Assembly: GCA_026023565.1 (NCBI GenBank)
Contig: JAPETS010000050.1
Location: forward strand, 62,001-126,000
Origin: Cirrosporium novae-zelandiae
Taxonomy: Eukaryota
Length of the DNA stretch: 64,000 nucleotides
Reading direction: 5' to 3'
Positions 40,575 through 52,616 of the stretch are shown here, piece after piece. The notes below the pieces were generated by a model that saw only the letters and a program-made list of their open reading frames with translations, did no database searches and was not told the DNA's origin. Each line of letters opens with the position of its first letter. Within the stretch, counting starts at the first letter, position 1. The position numbers were made by a program, and so were the translations under genes.

Positions 40575-40956
40575 CGATAAATATCCCAATAGTTGGCTGG
40601 TTGTGTCGAGTACCTGATGCGGGGCTTGAAGCCGGTATACTTTAACGGATACACAAAACTCTATGATCGTTAGGTAATAGAGGAGTAGAATGACGGCTCT
40701 CTGTTAGCATGCCTATTTATGAACGTGGGCTTGGGCTTAGATTTCCTTAATTTGAGGACGTGTGTGGAGAAGTATATTCAGCTAGAGTCAGAAGCCCTTG
40801 GTAATTGTTCTAGTTCTGTGTAGCCTACCATCTGGATTTTCTAGTGCTCGCTGCTGCCTGGATTCTTGAGCATAAAAAGGCCCAGTTGTCATTCCTCAAT
40901 CACTCTACTCGACATTTTCGAGTGAAGAAAGTTGCAGTTATATCCTCTTTAACATT

Positions 40957-42433
40957 ATGGAACCTATCAAAGTTGACCCTACCACTGAGTTGACAACATT
41001 AGTTAATGAGCTCAACAATGCATCCAAAGCCTTCAACCCTGCCCCTGGTCCTTCAGGGACACAGAGTCGTATTGAGATCATTGCCAAGGCGAAGCAGATC
41101 ATCAATGCAATGAGAGATCCACTAACTATATCATTCGCCCATGGTGCTAGTGTGAGTATACAGCGGGACTAGACAGCCCTATTAAATAGCTAATTTTGGC
41201 TAGATGCTCGAAACCATGGCCATACGAACACTAGTGAGCTTGCACGTCTTCGAAAAGATCCCTGGCGACGGTTCAATCACTTTGGAAGCCTTGTCACAAG
41301 CCACCGGAGTACAGGATTCTCTTCTCGGTACATTCGGCTTGCAGTGATAATTCTGTATTGATAAACTGACGATTAGAGCAGAACGCCTTTTGCGCATCTT
41401 AGTCGTTACCGGTTTTGTAAACCAGACACCCGAATTTGAATACACTCACACCAAGTTCTCGCGCGCATATGCTACCTCTCCAGAGATTGGAAAATTCTTT
41501 GCATTAAAGTATGTGGTCTCTCCCTCGAGCTCTCTGGGCGCCTTCCATCTACTATACATCAACGTGGCTGACTTTTAACAGATACGATGATGTCTTCCTT
41601 GTCCTCGATCGATTCCACGAATACCTCGCAGACCGCAAATCTCTCAAGGAACCCGAGGACCCAGCCTTTAACCCATTTACATGGGCACACAAACAAGACG
41701 GAACAAACGTGTGGGAAATCATGGCCCAAAACCCAGCGAGACTTAAGGAGTACCAAATAGGGCTCGCGACTGCGGATAAACGCATGCCGACTGTCGGTTT
41801 CTATGACTTCGGTCGGCTAAACACTTCTGATAGCCGTCCTGTGTTCGTGGATGTTGGAGGTGGTAGTGGAGTGAGCATTCTAGCGATCATGAAAGCCCAT
41901 CCAGAACTAGCAAAGACCCCCGAAAAGTTCATATTGCAAGATTTGAAAGGCCCAATTGAGCTTGCGAGAGAGGCAGGGAAATTGCCAGAGGGAGTGAAGA
42001 CAATGGAACATGATTTTTATTCGGAGCAGCCAGTCAAAGGTTTGATTTTCTTTTTTCTCATTTTTTCTTCTTCTTCCACAAGTCATTAATGACTAACTAG
42101 ACCTTAAATATAGGAGCAAAGGCATATTATATCCGTCGCATCATGCACGACTATTCAGACGCAAACTGCGTCTTGATCTTGAAACGGCTAGCGGAGGCCA
42201 TGAGTGCCGACTCGGTAGTTTTAATTTCCGATATGGTCATACCACCACAGTGCTCGGAGACAAATCTAATGGCGGTAATGTCGGATCTGGCAATAATGTC
42301 TATGGGTGGAAAGGAAAGGACAGAAGCAGGGTTTTCAAAGATACTTGGATTGGCAGGTTTGGAATTGGTGAAGGTTTGGAAAGCGAATGTTGAGGGAGAC
42401 GCGTTGGCTGAAGCAAGGTTGGCGACTAAGTAG
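40957..42433 (+). CDS. SAM-dependent O-methyltransferase (fungal secondary-metabolite Methyltransf_2 type), 5 exons
   Basis: N-terminal winged-helix region (ITLEALSQATGVQDSLLERLLRIL). SAM motif VDVGGGSG, ILQDL, HDFYSEQPVKGAKAYYIRRIMHDYSD, GGKERT. Confidence 0.93.
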
Positions 42434-42694
42434 ACTAGGATCTGCATTAATTAAGTTGACGGGCGTGACGGAGGACTAATTAGTTTCGTTAATTTGTGTA
42501 ACATTCGCGTATCTGTTGTAACCAAGACCATAATTACGTGATGCAGTAACTATCTACACCGAGGGAAAAAGGGGCTTGGCTTTCTCGACCTCCACAGTCC
42601 CCTTCAAACCTTAGCCTTGACCCTCATTCGTTTTTTACCATAAACCTTTCTCTAAACCATCGTCGTTAATTTTGCACATTCCTTCTTAGTAACC

Positions 42695-44181
42695 ATGAGC
42701 GACAACGAGAAAATCAGGGTGTCTGGCGATAGTCCCAGAACCGCCGAGTCCAGTACCCTCCCCACAGTCAATCCAGCTATCGAGAAACCAGACCCCCCAA
42801 GGGCGGGCTTGCACCCAGCAGTATACGTCATGTACGTTCTCTTTCTCTAAGCTGCTTGGAGTGATTGGAATTGCAGAAGCTAATTTATCACTGCAGAGTA
42901 TGGATTACCTTGAGCTCAAGCGTCATTCTATTCAACAAGTATCTCTTGGATACCATGGGATTTAGTATGTCGAACATCCCCCCTCCTATATCCTATATCT
43001 TACATCTTGCTAATTCTGTCTAGGATTTCGTATGAGCCCCCCTCCAATTCGTTCCAATACTACATAACCTAACCACAATGCCCAGCCATCGTCCTTACAA
43101 CATGGCATCTCGCCTTCGCTTCATTCTTGACCCAGGTTTTGGCTCGAACAACTACACTTTTGGATGGCCGTAAAACAGTTAAAATGACACCCCGTGTCTA
43201 TATCAGGGCTATCGTTCCCATTGGTTTCTTATTCAGTTTGAGTCTGATGTGCGGTAATAAGGCTTATCTGTACCTGAGCGTAGCTTTTATTCAAATGCTC
43301 AAGGTAAATAGATGGCTTCTTACAATGAACGTGGGAGCTATGTTAACAATTCTAGGCCACTGTGATAGTCGCCGTCCTGTTCGCTACATGGGGGTTTGGT
43401 GTGGCAGAACCTAATCTCAAGACCCTCGGGAACGTCTCCATCATTGTCGTTGGCATCATCATTGCCTCATATGGTGAGGTTCAGTTTAACCTAATAGGAT
43501 TCATGTACCAAGCCGGTGGCATTGTCTTCGAAGCCATCCGTCTGGTGATGGTGCAACGCCTTCTCAGCTCTGCCGAATACAAGATGGATCCGCTTGTCTC
43601 ACTCTATTATTTTGCGCCTGTCTGCGCACTAATGAACGGCCTCACTGCATTAGCCACCGAAGTGCCAACAATGACAATGGACGATATCTACCATGTCGGC
43701 TTCCCTATTCTTCTCGCAAATGCAATGATTGCTTTCATGCTGAATGTCTCAGCCGTGTTCCTGGTCAGTCCCAAAACCTAAAGATATTTCTATCCAAAAT
43801 ACTGATTTTCTATAGATTGGCAAAACATCCTCCCTCGTCCTCACCCTCTGTGGCGTGCTCAAAGATATCCTTCTTGTTGGAGCTTCCATGCTCATCTGGA
43901 GTACTCCTGTCACCCCCCTCCAATTCTTCGGGTACAGCGTTGCCCTATCAGGATTAGTATACTACAAGCTAGGCCCTGACCAGATCAAACAATATGTTGG
44001 CCAAGCAGGCCTTGTCTGGTCAGAATTTGGAGTACAACGACCTGCCCTACGAAAATTTCTAGTCTTTTTTGCCATCCTGTCAACACTTTTCCTGGTCATC
44101 GGAAGTCTGACTCCAACCTTTGCCCCCGAGACAGCCGCCAACCTTGGGGGTATTTTGAACGAAGGTACCACCGGAGCTTAA
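42695..44181 (+). CDS. Triose-phosphate-transporter/nucleotide-sugar transporter family (DUF250-type) membrane protein, 6 exons including a 6-nt micro-exon
   Basis: Contains WITLSSSVILFNK, FPIVLTTWHL, CGNKAYLYLSVAFIQMLKA, MDPLVSLYYFAPVC and IGKTSSLVLTLCGVLKDI. Confidence 0.9.
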
Positions 44182-45069
44182 ATTTCTTCTGTACTACTTT
44201 GATTCTCAATTGGGCTGAATAAATCACGGTAAGCGAACGATTTCGCTATTATGCAAAGTTGGAAGCTTCTCTTTGTTGTTTTACTAGATGTGTAACCCAG
44301 AGATGGCGGACTGTAGTGTGAACTTTTTATAATGATAGATGGAAACCTTATGGTTGTGGATAGACCCATGTGGTTTGCTCATGATTTTAGTACACTTGGT
44401 GCTACAGGTATTAACTATAGGGCATATAAGAAGATATAGTGTACAGGGAATTAATTGTGCGGGATAACTCGGGTGGTTATGCATCTCTATCTAACCGAAA
44501 TTATCGAGGTATTTAGCTAAATACAATAGAATACAATAAAATAAAATAGACAGAGAAACACCAATATAAAAAGCAACTACCTAGGTGGGTAGAGTAGCCT
44601 ATTATACGATCATTAGAGAAAGTACCAAAAAAACTAATATTTCATTTTCGCCTTTTTGTTCCTTATATAGAACAGGAAAATAGAGTACAGTAACATAACA
44701 ATGAAATCTAAAAAGTCTAAAAAATCTAATACTGCAAAACCCTCAATCCCATCATCAAACCTCAAATTTGTTTTCGTTCGCAGCATCAAATTAAATCAAT
44801 CATATATACCAATTAATCCATTTCCATTTCCATTTCCATTTCATTTTTGGAGGGGGGGATTGATGGTGTTATTTGTCTTAACTATGGAGGGAACAGAAGA
44901 AAAGGTATAGGCATGTGTATGTGTATGTGCATAAGTGATATGTGTTGAATGATAGGTGTTGAATAAAGGGGGACTAGGGCCGGGGGGAGGATGATGGCAT
45001 AGGCTAAGTAAATACCTAGGTAAGTAAGAAAGAACGAAGTAAAATTGGGAGGATAGATGCTGAGTCAAA

Positions 45070-47019
45070 TCAATCAATCTCTGGGCGAGTGGTTCGGCCT
45101 AGTTCGAGGTGTCCGTTGGGATGTTGTAAGGGTGAGGGGATATTTGTGGAATCTCCTATGTGCGTTTGTCGCCCGCCGGTGCCAGTACCAGCGCGGTCAA
45201 CATTCTCTTCACCTCCTCCGTCGCCACTGCCATTCTCAGCTCCATTCTTCTTCCTCTGCTTAACGCTCTTCCACTCCATACCGACAACGCCGATAACGGA
45301 ACAGCACGCGAACGCAACACCGACTATAAACGCGTCCATCAGAGCGTCATTATAAATTTTCAATACCAAAGAGGTATCCTGCTTGCTCAGCAGGCCGCGG
45401 AGACCGGTGGCTCCCGCATTTATAATAGCGGCAGGATTAATATCTTTGATTTTGGAATTTTCGAGACCGGAAATGAGACCGCTGTTGAAGACATTGCTGG
45501 CGATGGAAACAGCGATGGAGCCGCCGAGGGACTGTGCAAAGAACATTAGGGAGGTGCCGGTTGGGACATCTTCGTTCGGGAGGATGGTTTGGGCGGCCAG
45601 AATAGGTTGTTGGAGCCCGAGGCCGATTCCGATACCGAAGAGGGCTTGGTAGCCAATCCATTGCGAGGAGGGTGTATTGATGGTGAAGGTAGTCATGAGA
45701 CCTGCTCCGATGGACATGAAGATCGAGCAGGCGATCATGAAAGGGGTATAATAGCCAATCAGGGTGATTATAATCCCTGAGAGGATGCTAGTAATGAAGA
45801 GCCCGAGCAGCATGGGGATGTTACGGATGCCGGACTCCACAGCACTAACGCCTTTGATTGCTTGGAACCAGATTGGAAGGTAGTAGATCAGTGCTATCAT
45901 GGAACCACCTACGAAGACCGAGAAGATGGTGCCAAACAGGATACTGCGTTGTTTGATTATGTGGATTGGGATTGTAGCTGTGGCTCGGAGGAAGTATTGC
46001 ACGGCTATGAATGCGATAAGGAGGATCGCGAAGACGACTAAAAGAGCGATTATTCGTGGATTGTTCCATGCGTAGGTTGAGCCGCCCCATTGCAGGGCTA
46101 GGAGAAGGCAGATTATGCTTGGGAGAAAGAAGAGATTTCCGAGGGGGTCTAGCTTCAGCAATATTTGTCTTACGGTCATCGTAGAGCCGAGATGCGCTGT
46201 CGGCGGTAGATGGAGGAGGAAAAAAATAATGAAAAGAGTCACACAGCCGATGGGTAGATTAATGTAGAAGCACCAGCGCCAGGAGACGTTTTGTGTGAAA
46301 GCTCCACCCAGCAAGGGGCCCGCAACAGATGCAATCCCGAAAACGGAACCAATAAGGCCCGTGTACAACGGACGTTTGTGGAGTGGGACGGTATGAACGA
46401 TGAGAACGGTTGACCCAGAGAAGATACCCGCGGATCCAAGACCTGCTATAGCTCGACCGACGATAAATCCGTCCGAGTTTGGAGCAGCCCCACAGACGGC
46501 GGAGCCGACTTCGAAGATGGTGATGGAAACGAGAAATACCCACTTTGGACTGAAGAAGGTGTAGATCCTGCCAAAGACGAGCTGGAAGGCTGCATTTGTT
46601 AAAAGATATGCTGAACCATACCATCCTACATCGCCGAGGGAGTGGAAATCGTCAGTGATACGGGGAATCGCAGTTGAAATGATTGTTTTGTCCTGCAAAA
46701 GATTTAGCAAATACCTTCAGAACCAGATGTGCGAGATCAGTGTAGGCTCATTTACCAGAGCAACGAGAAGACCGGCGAGATAGATTCCGGTCATGATCAC
46801 CATCACCACTCCGGTCTTGGGGTACTTTGTCGCATCATGTTCGCCAGCCATAGAATCATTTGATGGGAATGATGATGGCTGCTCCTCATTTCCTTGTCTT
46901 TCCATTTTCTCGTCTTCCTTCTTCTCGTTCTGCTTCTCCTTTCCCTCCAACTGCTCGATAGGGTTCGGAGATAGTTCCATAGTTGAATCTGTGTTTGAAG
47001 GAGTGGTAGACATATTCAT
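45070..47019 (-). CDS. MFS drug/toxin efflux transporter (DHA2, 14-TM type), 2 exons
   Basis: LLVAL|DKTIISTAIPRITDDFHSLGDVGWYGSAYLLT, GRAIAGLG, GPLLGGAFT..SWRWCFYINLPIG, YYLPIWFQAIKG. Intron at ~46693-46755. Confidence 0.95.
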
Positions 47020-48247
47020 AGGTTTGAAAGGTATTTTGCTATGTTGTTGATTGAAAAGGAAGTTATTTATTTACATGAAGAATATTTTGATGAATCCTCT
47101 GAGGTGGATAACACCTCTAAGGTAACCCGATGGATTGAAGGATTTTCGTCAACACTACTGTGTTGAGTTGTTGCTGACCTTTCAGACATTTCAAACATGT
47201 TACGCAAGCGGTAATTTTTAACATCATTCTAATAGAAAATTACAAGAATTGTATGCAGGGAAGATGGGGGGTCAGCGAATAGTTGCATAGAATTGCCGCC
47301 AACATGACTTGATATCTATAGAACATTCTTGTTCAAAGGGGAAAGTTGATAGTCAGATTTGACATGTCAGATCGGTGGACGGACAATCTAATCTGCGTGT
47401 AAAGTCGGCATACTAAAACCTTAACGCCGATTACGTCTTTGTAAATACACGGGCCGGAACATCCTCCGTGCTGACTATTAGTGCAACGGTTTACACGGAA
47501 CTGTGGGTATCCTGCTCCCTCAACACTATTTCAAAGCACCATAGCTTCAATTAAAAGCTCTTATTTCATTGGATTATTGAATCCATGTGCCCGGACTCCG
47601 GATTACTATATTCTCTATGACATACTAAAATCACTATCTCCCGAAGCTGAACAATCTATTTACAGGCGAAATATCCTGAACGCTTAGTACATGAAGTTCT
47701 TTCGGACAGAATTTATCTATTTCAAGGAACTTCTACCCGATACTTGGTGCATTTTCTACGGTATTAATCATTCCGTAGAAGAGGCGTAAGATTGAAGTTG
47801 ATAGTATGAAGTATTTTGTCTAAGGTCATGCAATCAGCATAACAAGCCTTGAAGCCCCCAGCTATTACTGAATATAGTAAATTTGAAACTTAATGTTCCA
47901 CAAATTCTATTAGCTGCAACCTAGTAAATGATGATTATAACTTCACTAACTATTTTTCATGCTACTTCAGGAAGCATATTTTAGTTCTAGAGTAGCGATT
48001 AAACACATCCAAGCAAAGTAACACTATAAACACGATAACTGTAATACATCAAAAATGAACGAAAGCCTTGATGGTTCATAACAATCGTAACAATAAACCC
48101 TCATCACCTCAAAAATTTCGACTACTCATCTGTGACCGCCGCATATAATTGTTAAGATTTTGCACCAAAATGTTAGTTAGACATAAATCTAATCACGCCC
48201 ATTCTCTGAGAAGGAAATATCTATTGCCAAATCTTCGATTTGCATTT

Positions 48248-50097
48248 TTATTTGACTAGCACTCTAATGCGCTCGTCGGTTTCCTCTGGGACAGGAAAAA
48301 AGTAATCGTACTTTGGGTCGATGTTTACCCGAGTGGTGTCGTAAAGTTCCATATCGAAGCGACGGAAGACCGTCGCTAATGCAAGGAAGAGTTCTGCATA
48401 CGCCATACTATAGGGAACTTTGTCAGCATGGGATCTATAGGCTTGAACGGAGCGTTAAATGTAAAAAGAAGTTGTAGTTGTGGCAGATATATCAAACAGA
48501 CTCAACTTACTGAATAGCGAGACATTGCCTTGAGCCTCTTGAAAATGTTACAAGATACTTTTCCAAATACTTAGACTTCTCGCCTTGTAGCCAGCGCCCG
48601 GGGTCGTATTTCTGTGAGTTGGGAAAAAGATCTTGATTATGGTGAATAAATCGATGTGACATGCCGATTGGTGTGTGCTTTGGAATGACCCAGTCTCCGT
48701 AGCGCATCACTTCATGATGGTTAACTCTCTGTAGCCTACCCATTGTGCCAAGAGACAGTCGAAGAGACTCTTGAATGCAGGCTTTGAGATAAGGAAGCTT
48801 TTCAAGAGTCGCGACTGGGGGGGGCGGGCCATCCACATCCGGCCAGGCCTCTGTCAGCTCGGCCTTGAGTCTTTGATAGATTTCGGGGTTGGCACATATG
48901 TGATAGTGTCCCGTGTCAAGGGCAAAACTGGCACTTCCAAATCCCGCCCCAATGATCATCAAACCCACTTGGAAGAGACGATGGTTGGTCTTTTCGGCTG
49001 GGGGAAGCTTGTTGTTCTTGTATTCTTCAAAAATTGTTTTGTGCGATTTCTCTTGTCTGTATTCTCCTTTCATCGATGCATCGATACGTTTTCGCAACGC
49101 CTACGATTTGGTTAGTATATGCAATAAAATGAGAGTTCACTATGGGATGAAATATGAAGTGAACAATGAGTAATCATACCGCAGACCATTCTAACATTGC
49201 CTTCATATTCTGTCGAGAAAACATCCACTCTGGTAACTGGGTTATAACCAGGCTAATGTAGTTTACCAGCTTGCTCTCCCGGAAGAAGAAAATATGCTTG
49301 AAGGTTGCTTTAAAAGAGTTAAAGAAGCCTTCACTCCATATAGGATTATCGAGAAAATTGTATGATATTCCAAAGGCATATTCACAGATAACGTCCGCCA
49401 GCAAACATCTATACAGGAGGGACACCCTCACGGGTGTTTGATTTTCTTTGGCATCATAATAGTGACGACACAGTTTGGCCAATCCGTTGTGTATCATGTA
49501 TTCCACTCTCTGAACACCAGCTCGAGAGAAGAAAGACTGGAGAACCTGACGGCGCATTTTGTGCTGAGCAGAAGAGGGGGTATGCACCAAATTGTCTTTC
49601 CTCAATTGTTAGCCTGTTATCAAACACGAAGCTGTAAAAAAGGAGAGCTCGTAAAACTAACTTATGGCAAACTCCCTCTTCTCAAGATGCGGGTCAAAGT
49701 TGAAAAGAACATCATAGTAGTGAGGGTCGATAATATGGACCTCGTAAGGGTTGACGCGGACAATTGGACCATACTGCTTGTGCCATTTTTCGATCTGGTT
49801 ACCAAACTGTCCCCCCACGACCACCTCGTAATAGGCTTCATACCATCTTGTCATGGCCGTGAGCTTTGGTCCAGGGAATTTTGCTAACGGATGTAGGGTG
49901 ATTCGATAGATTCCCCTGATTATCTGGAAAAGAAAGAATGAAACAACAAGACCGAGAAGAGCACGAGGCCATGACAACCTAAATTCCAAGGGTAGACCTT
50001 CGATGAACATCTTGTTAGAGTTCAAGGATGTCAAGAGCTTAGAAGCAGGTTGAAATGCGCGTGTGATATTTGGACTTTGCCAGTAGATGGAATCCAT
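48248..50097 (-). CDS. Cytochrome P450 (trichodiene-oxygenase/CYP58-clan-like N-terminus), 4 exons; start may be 50010
   Basis: TM anchor followed by LHPLAKFPGPKL..TRWYEAYYEV and YGPIVRVNP. ExxR motif ESLR, YDPGRW, heme motif FSRGSRQCLAIHMAYAEL. I-helix reads GAGFGSA. Confidence 0.94.
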
Positions 50098-50569
50098 GGT
50101 GAAACCCTTAAGAAAATGTATCAAAGTTATGCACAAAATAAAATAGCCATGATGACTTTATAGGAAAGCATGCAGAGGAATATTAGGTAAGTGAAAATGA
50201 GCCTGTCAAGATATTCTCTTCATGAGTATAATGTATTCATGTAATTATACCGTAACGATGTTTTATTTTACATGTTTTGTATTTCCCGTATTAATTACTA
50301 GCTAGAACAGCCGTATCGGCCCCTCTGTATCGCTTACATTTATTTCGCATCGGACCTTATAATCGCCGTTATCCGATATCAGCCCGACCTCCCTAAAGAT
50401 GACCACTCATACACCGTTGTTGATCACATTACATCAGAACTTGTCTGATCCTTGGCATCAAGCCATGTCAAATTCAAGCATGGACTAATCCTTGGAGGGC
50501 ACAGCAGATAAAGGAGCCATCCTGTCGGAATATAGGTGGAGGGGGGCGTGGTGGACTAAGCGCACGGTC

Positions 50570-50620
50570 CGCTTTAGAAGGCTGTTGAGGCTCGCTTTAG
50601 AAGGTCGTCGAGCCTCGCTT
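50570..50620. repeat. 23-bp tandem duplication in the P450/HR-PKS divergent promoter
   Basis: CGCTTTAGAAGGCTGTTGAGGCT / CGCTTTAGAAGGTCGTCGAGCCT / CGCTT. Confidence 0.8.
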
Positions 50621-52616
50621 CTTCCCGTCCCGTCGCCCTAGTCACCTTAGTGGCCTTAGTTTTTTGTCCCTTACGTCTCCGGCATACAAGTCACTCATTT
50701 CATCAAATATTAACAACGTCTTGTCTTACATGCGTCGGTTCAATATCCCCCGTTTTGCTTATAGGTTCCACAAACTTACTGATGCATAAAGTTTGCTCCT
50801 TTAACCCTCAACATGCTTATTCCAATATCTATTCGCTGTTCACTATTCTCTGTAAACGTCTTGAGGACCTTTCCACCAACTTTAACGGTGGGGCTGATAT
50901 GCATTAGACCAATCCAAATTCACTGTCCTGCTCGCATGCGACTATAGCTTAGTGGATATGAAAACTCTCCGCCTCCCTGAGAATTTACACTTTTCAGCAG
51001 CCAGACTATTGATAAACCGCATTGATTAGTTTAAACTCTCAAACATATTCATTCCGAAAATAACAAATGTCGATCTGCCGCGATCAGGCCCCGAGCTGAT
51101 TTCAACGGCTTGATATCTATACCCAATATTCTCAGCTATCTAAACATATCAGGCATAACTTATTAGGCATGCTAAAAAATCCGCTACACCCCCACTGAGG
51201 AGACGCAGTTAGCTAGGCTTCCTTAGGGGAAAGACAGGCGTGAGGCGGAGATAAGCTGTGCTGTTGAAATGTCAAGATCTCACTAGTAGAACGGGCTGAA
51301 GCCAGAAAATGTTGTGCTGCTTGTGGTTGGAGTGATAACAAAGATGGGCTGAATTTCTTTTAGATCCGTTCTTTTACCCCCCCTTCATGAAAAAAAATTA
51401 AATTAGCTAAGAGTAATTCACAGGCGGTTAGGTCAAGTAAGCATTCTTAGCCCTAGTTCATGAAATTTCTCCCATGCTTAACAACAGGGCGGGACTAAGC
51501 CTAGATTCCTTTCCATGACCTGTTGCTGCGTACTTCTGATTGGAGATGCCTAATATTGCATTGTTGAAACAAAAAAAGCAATACAGATATATCCGCCTAG
51601 CTGGATTTGGCTGTCCCTGCGAGTTTCTAAATCAATTAACATGCCATTGATGTCAGATAACATCACAGCACTACAATGATCTTCAAAAAAAATCAACCTA
51701 ACAGTATTCGAGATCAGCTAATCTCACTGAGCGAGATGCTATCCATATCTCATCTACACGGGTAGCAGGAGCTGAAGCCTGAAGGATGATCAATCGATCC
51801 CAAACTGCTCTCTGGAATTGCATAATGTTGATTGATAATGATTCAATCCTCGAACTCCCTGCAATCAGCTAATCTATGCGAGCAAGTGAGCAAGGTAGTA
51901 TCCCGTCCATCCAATTCATGCATCTACTTGTCCATCTATCCTTAGTCCTATCCACCAGAGAAGGGCTGGACTGCAGGGTCCACCATCCTAAACTCTGGAA
52001 TTTCATCCTCTTTTTGTTTTGGTTATCAATCCTTTGTCTGGAACGTATGCATGTGTTCATCCATGTTCATCCATACCTAGCTCCCTATCCCACGGATCCA
52101 GCACGGTCGGGCGGAAAAGAAGAGTGAATTCCTTTTGGGAAAGTTAATATGATGTACCATCAATTGAGCTGCGTTCATCTTACAAGAGGATATATTTGGA
52201 AATATGTCGATATCTGATAGCCCTAACCGAATTCATACCGTGTGATATCCTTCTGTCTCCTATCTATCCACGCTTACTTACTTGCTTACACTTCTTCGTT
52301 TCTACTTGCTCATAAGACTTACATGCAAGAAGACATCTCTATTTCTGCCTTTTGCATTTCGTTGAGCTTGGTCATTGTGTGACACTCAGCATTTCTAACA
52401 TATCCGAGGAGCACTTCGTTTCACAACCTCAGGGTCTAGGTAACTTCAGTGAATGTTGAATAAGAATAGAAGTCCCTGCCTACCTACCGTTCCCTACGAT
52501 CATCTTGAGTCAAATAAATCACTGCAGCGTCCCTCTTATTACCTTAGTTATATTATCCCTTCAGGTGTTTGCCTTGCGTGTCAAACCGGGCATCTTTCTT
52601 CATAAACTACCTCATC

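Noticed and set aside
47198..48092. TGTTACG...CGTAACA pair like the termini of the LTR at 1574
   Set aside because: The flanks differ (AAACA vs ATAAA), the span is ~900 bp and there is no internal similarity. Likely chance.
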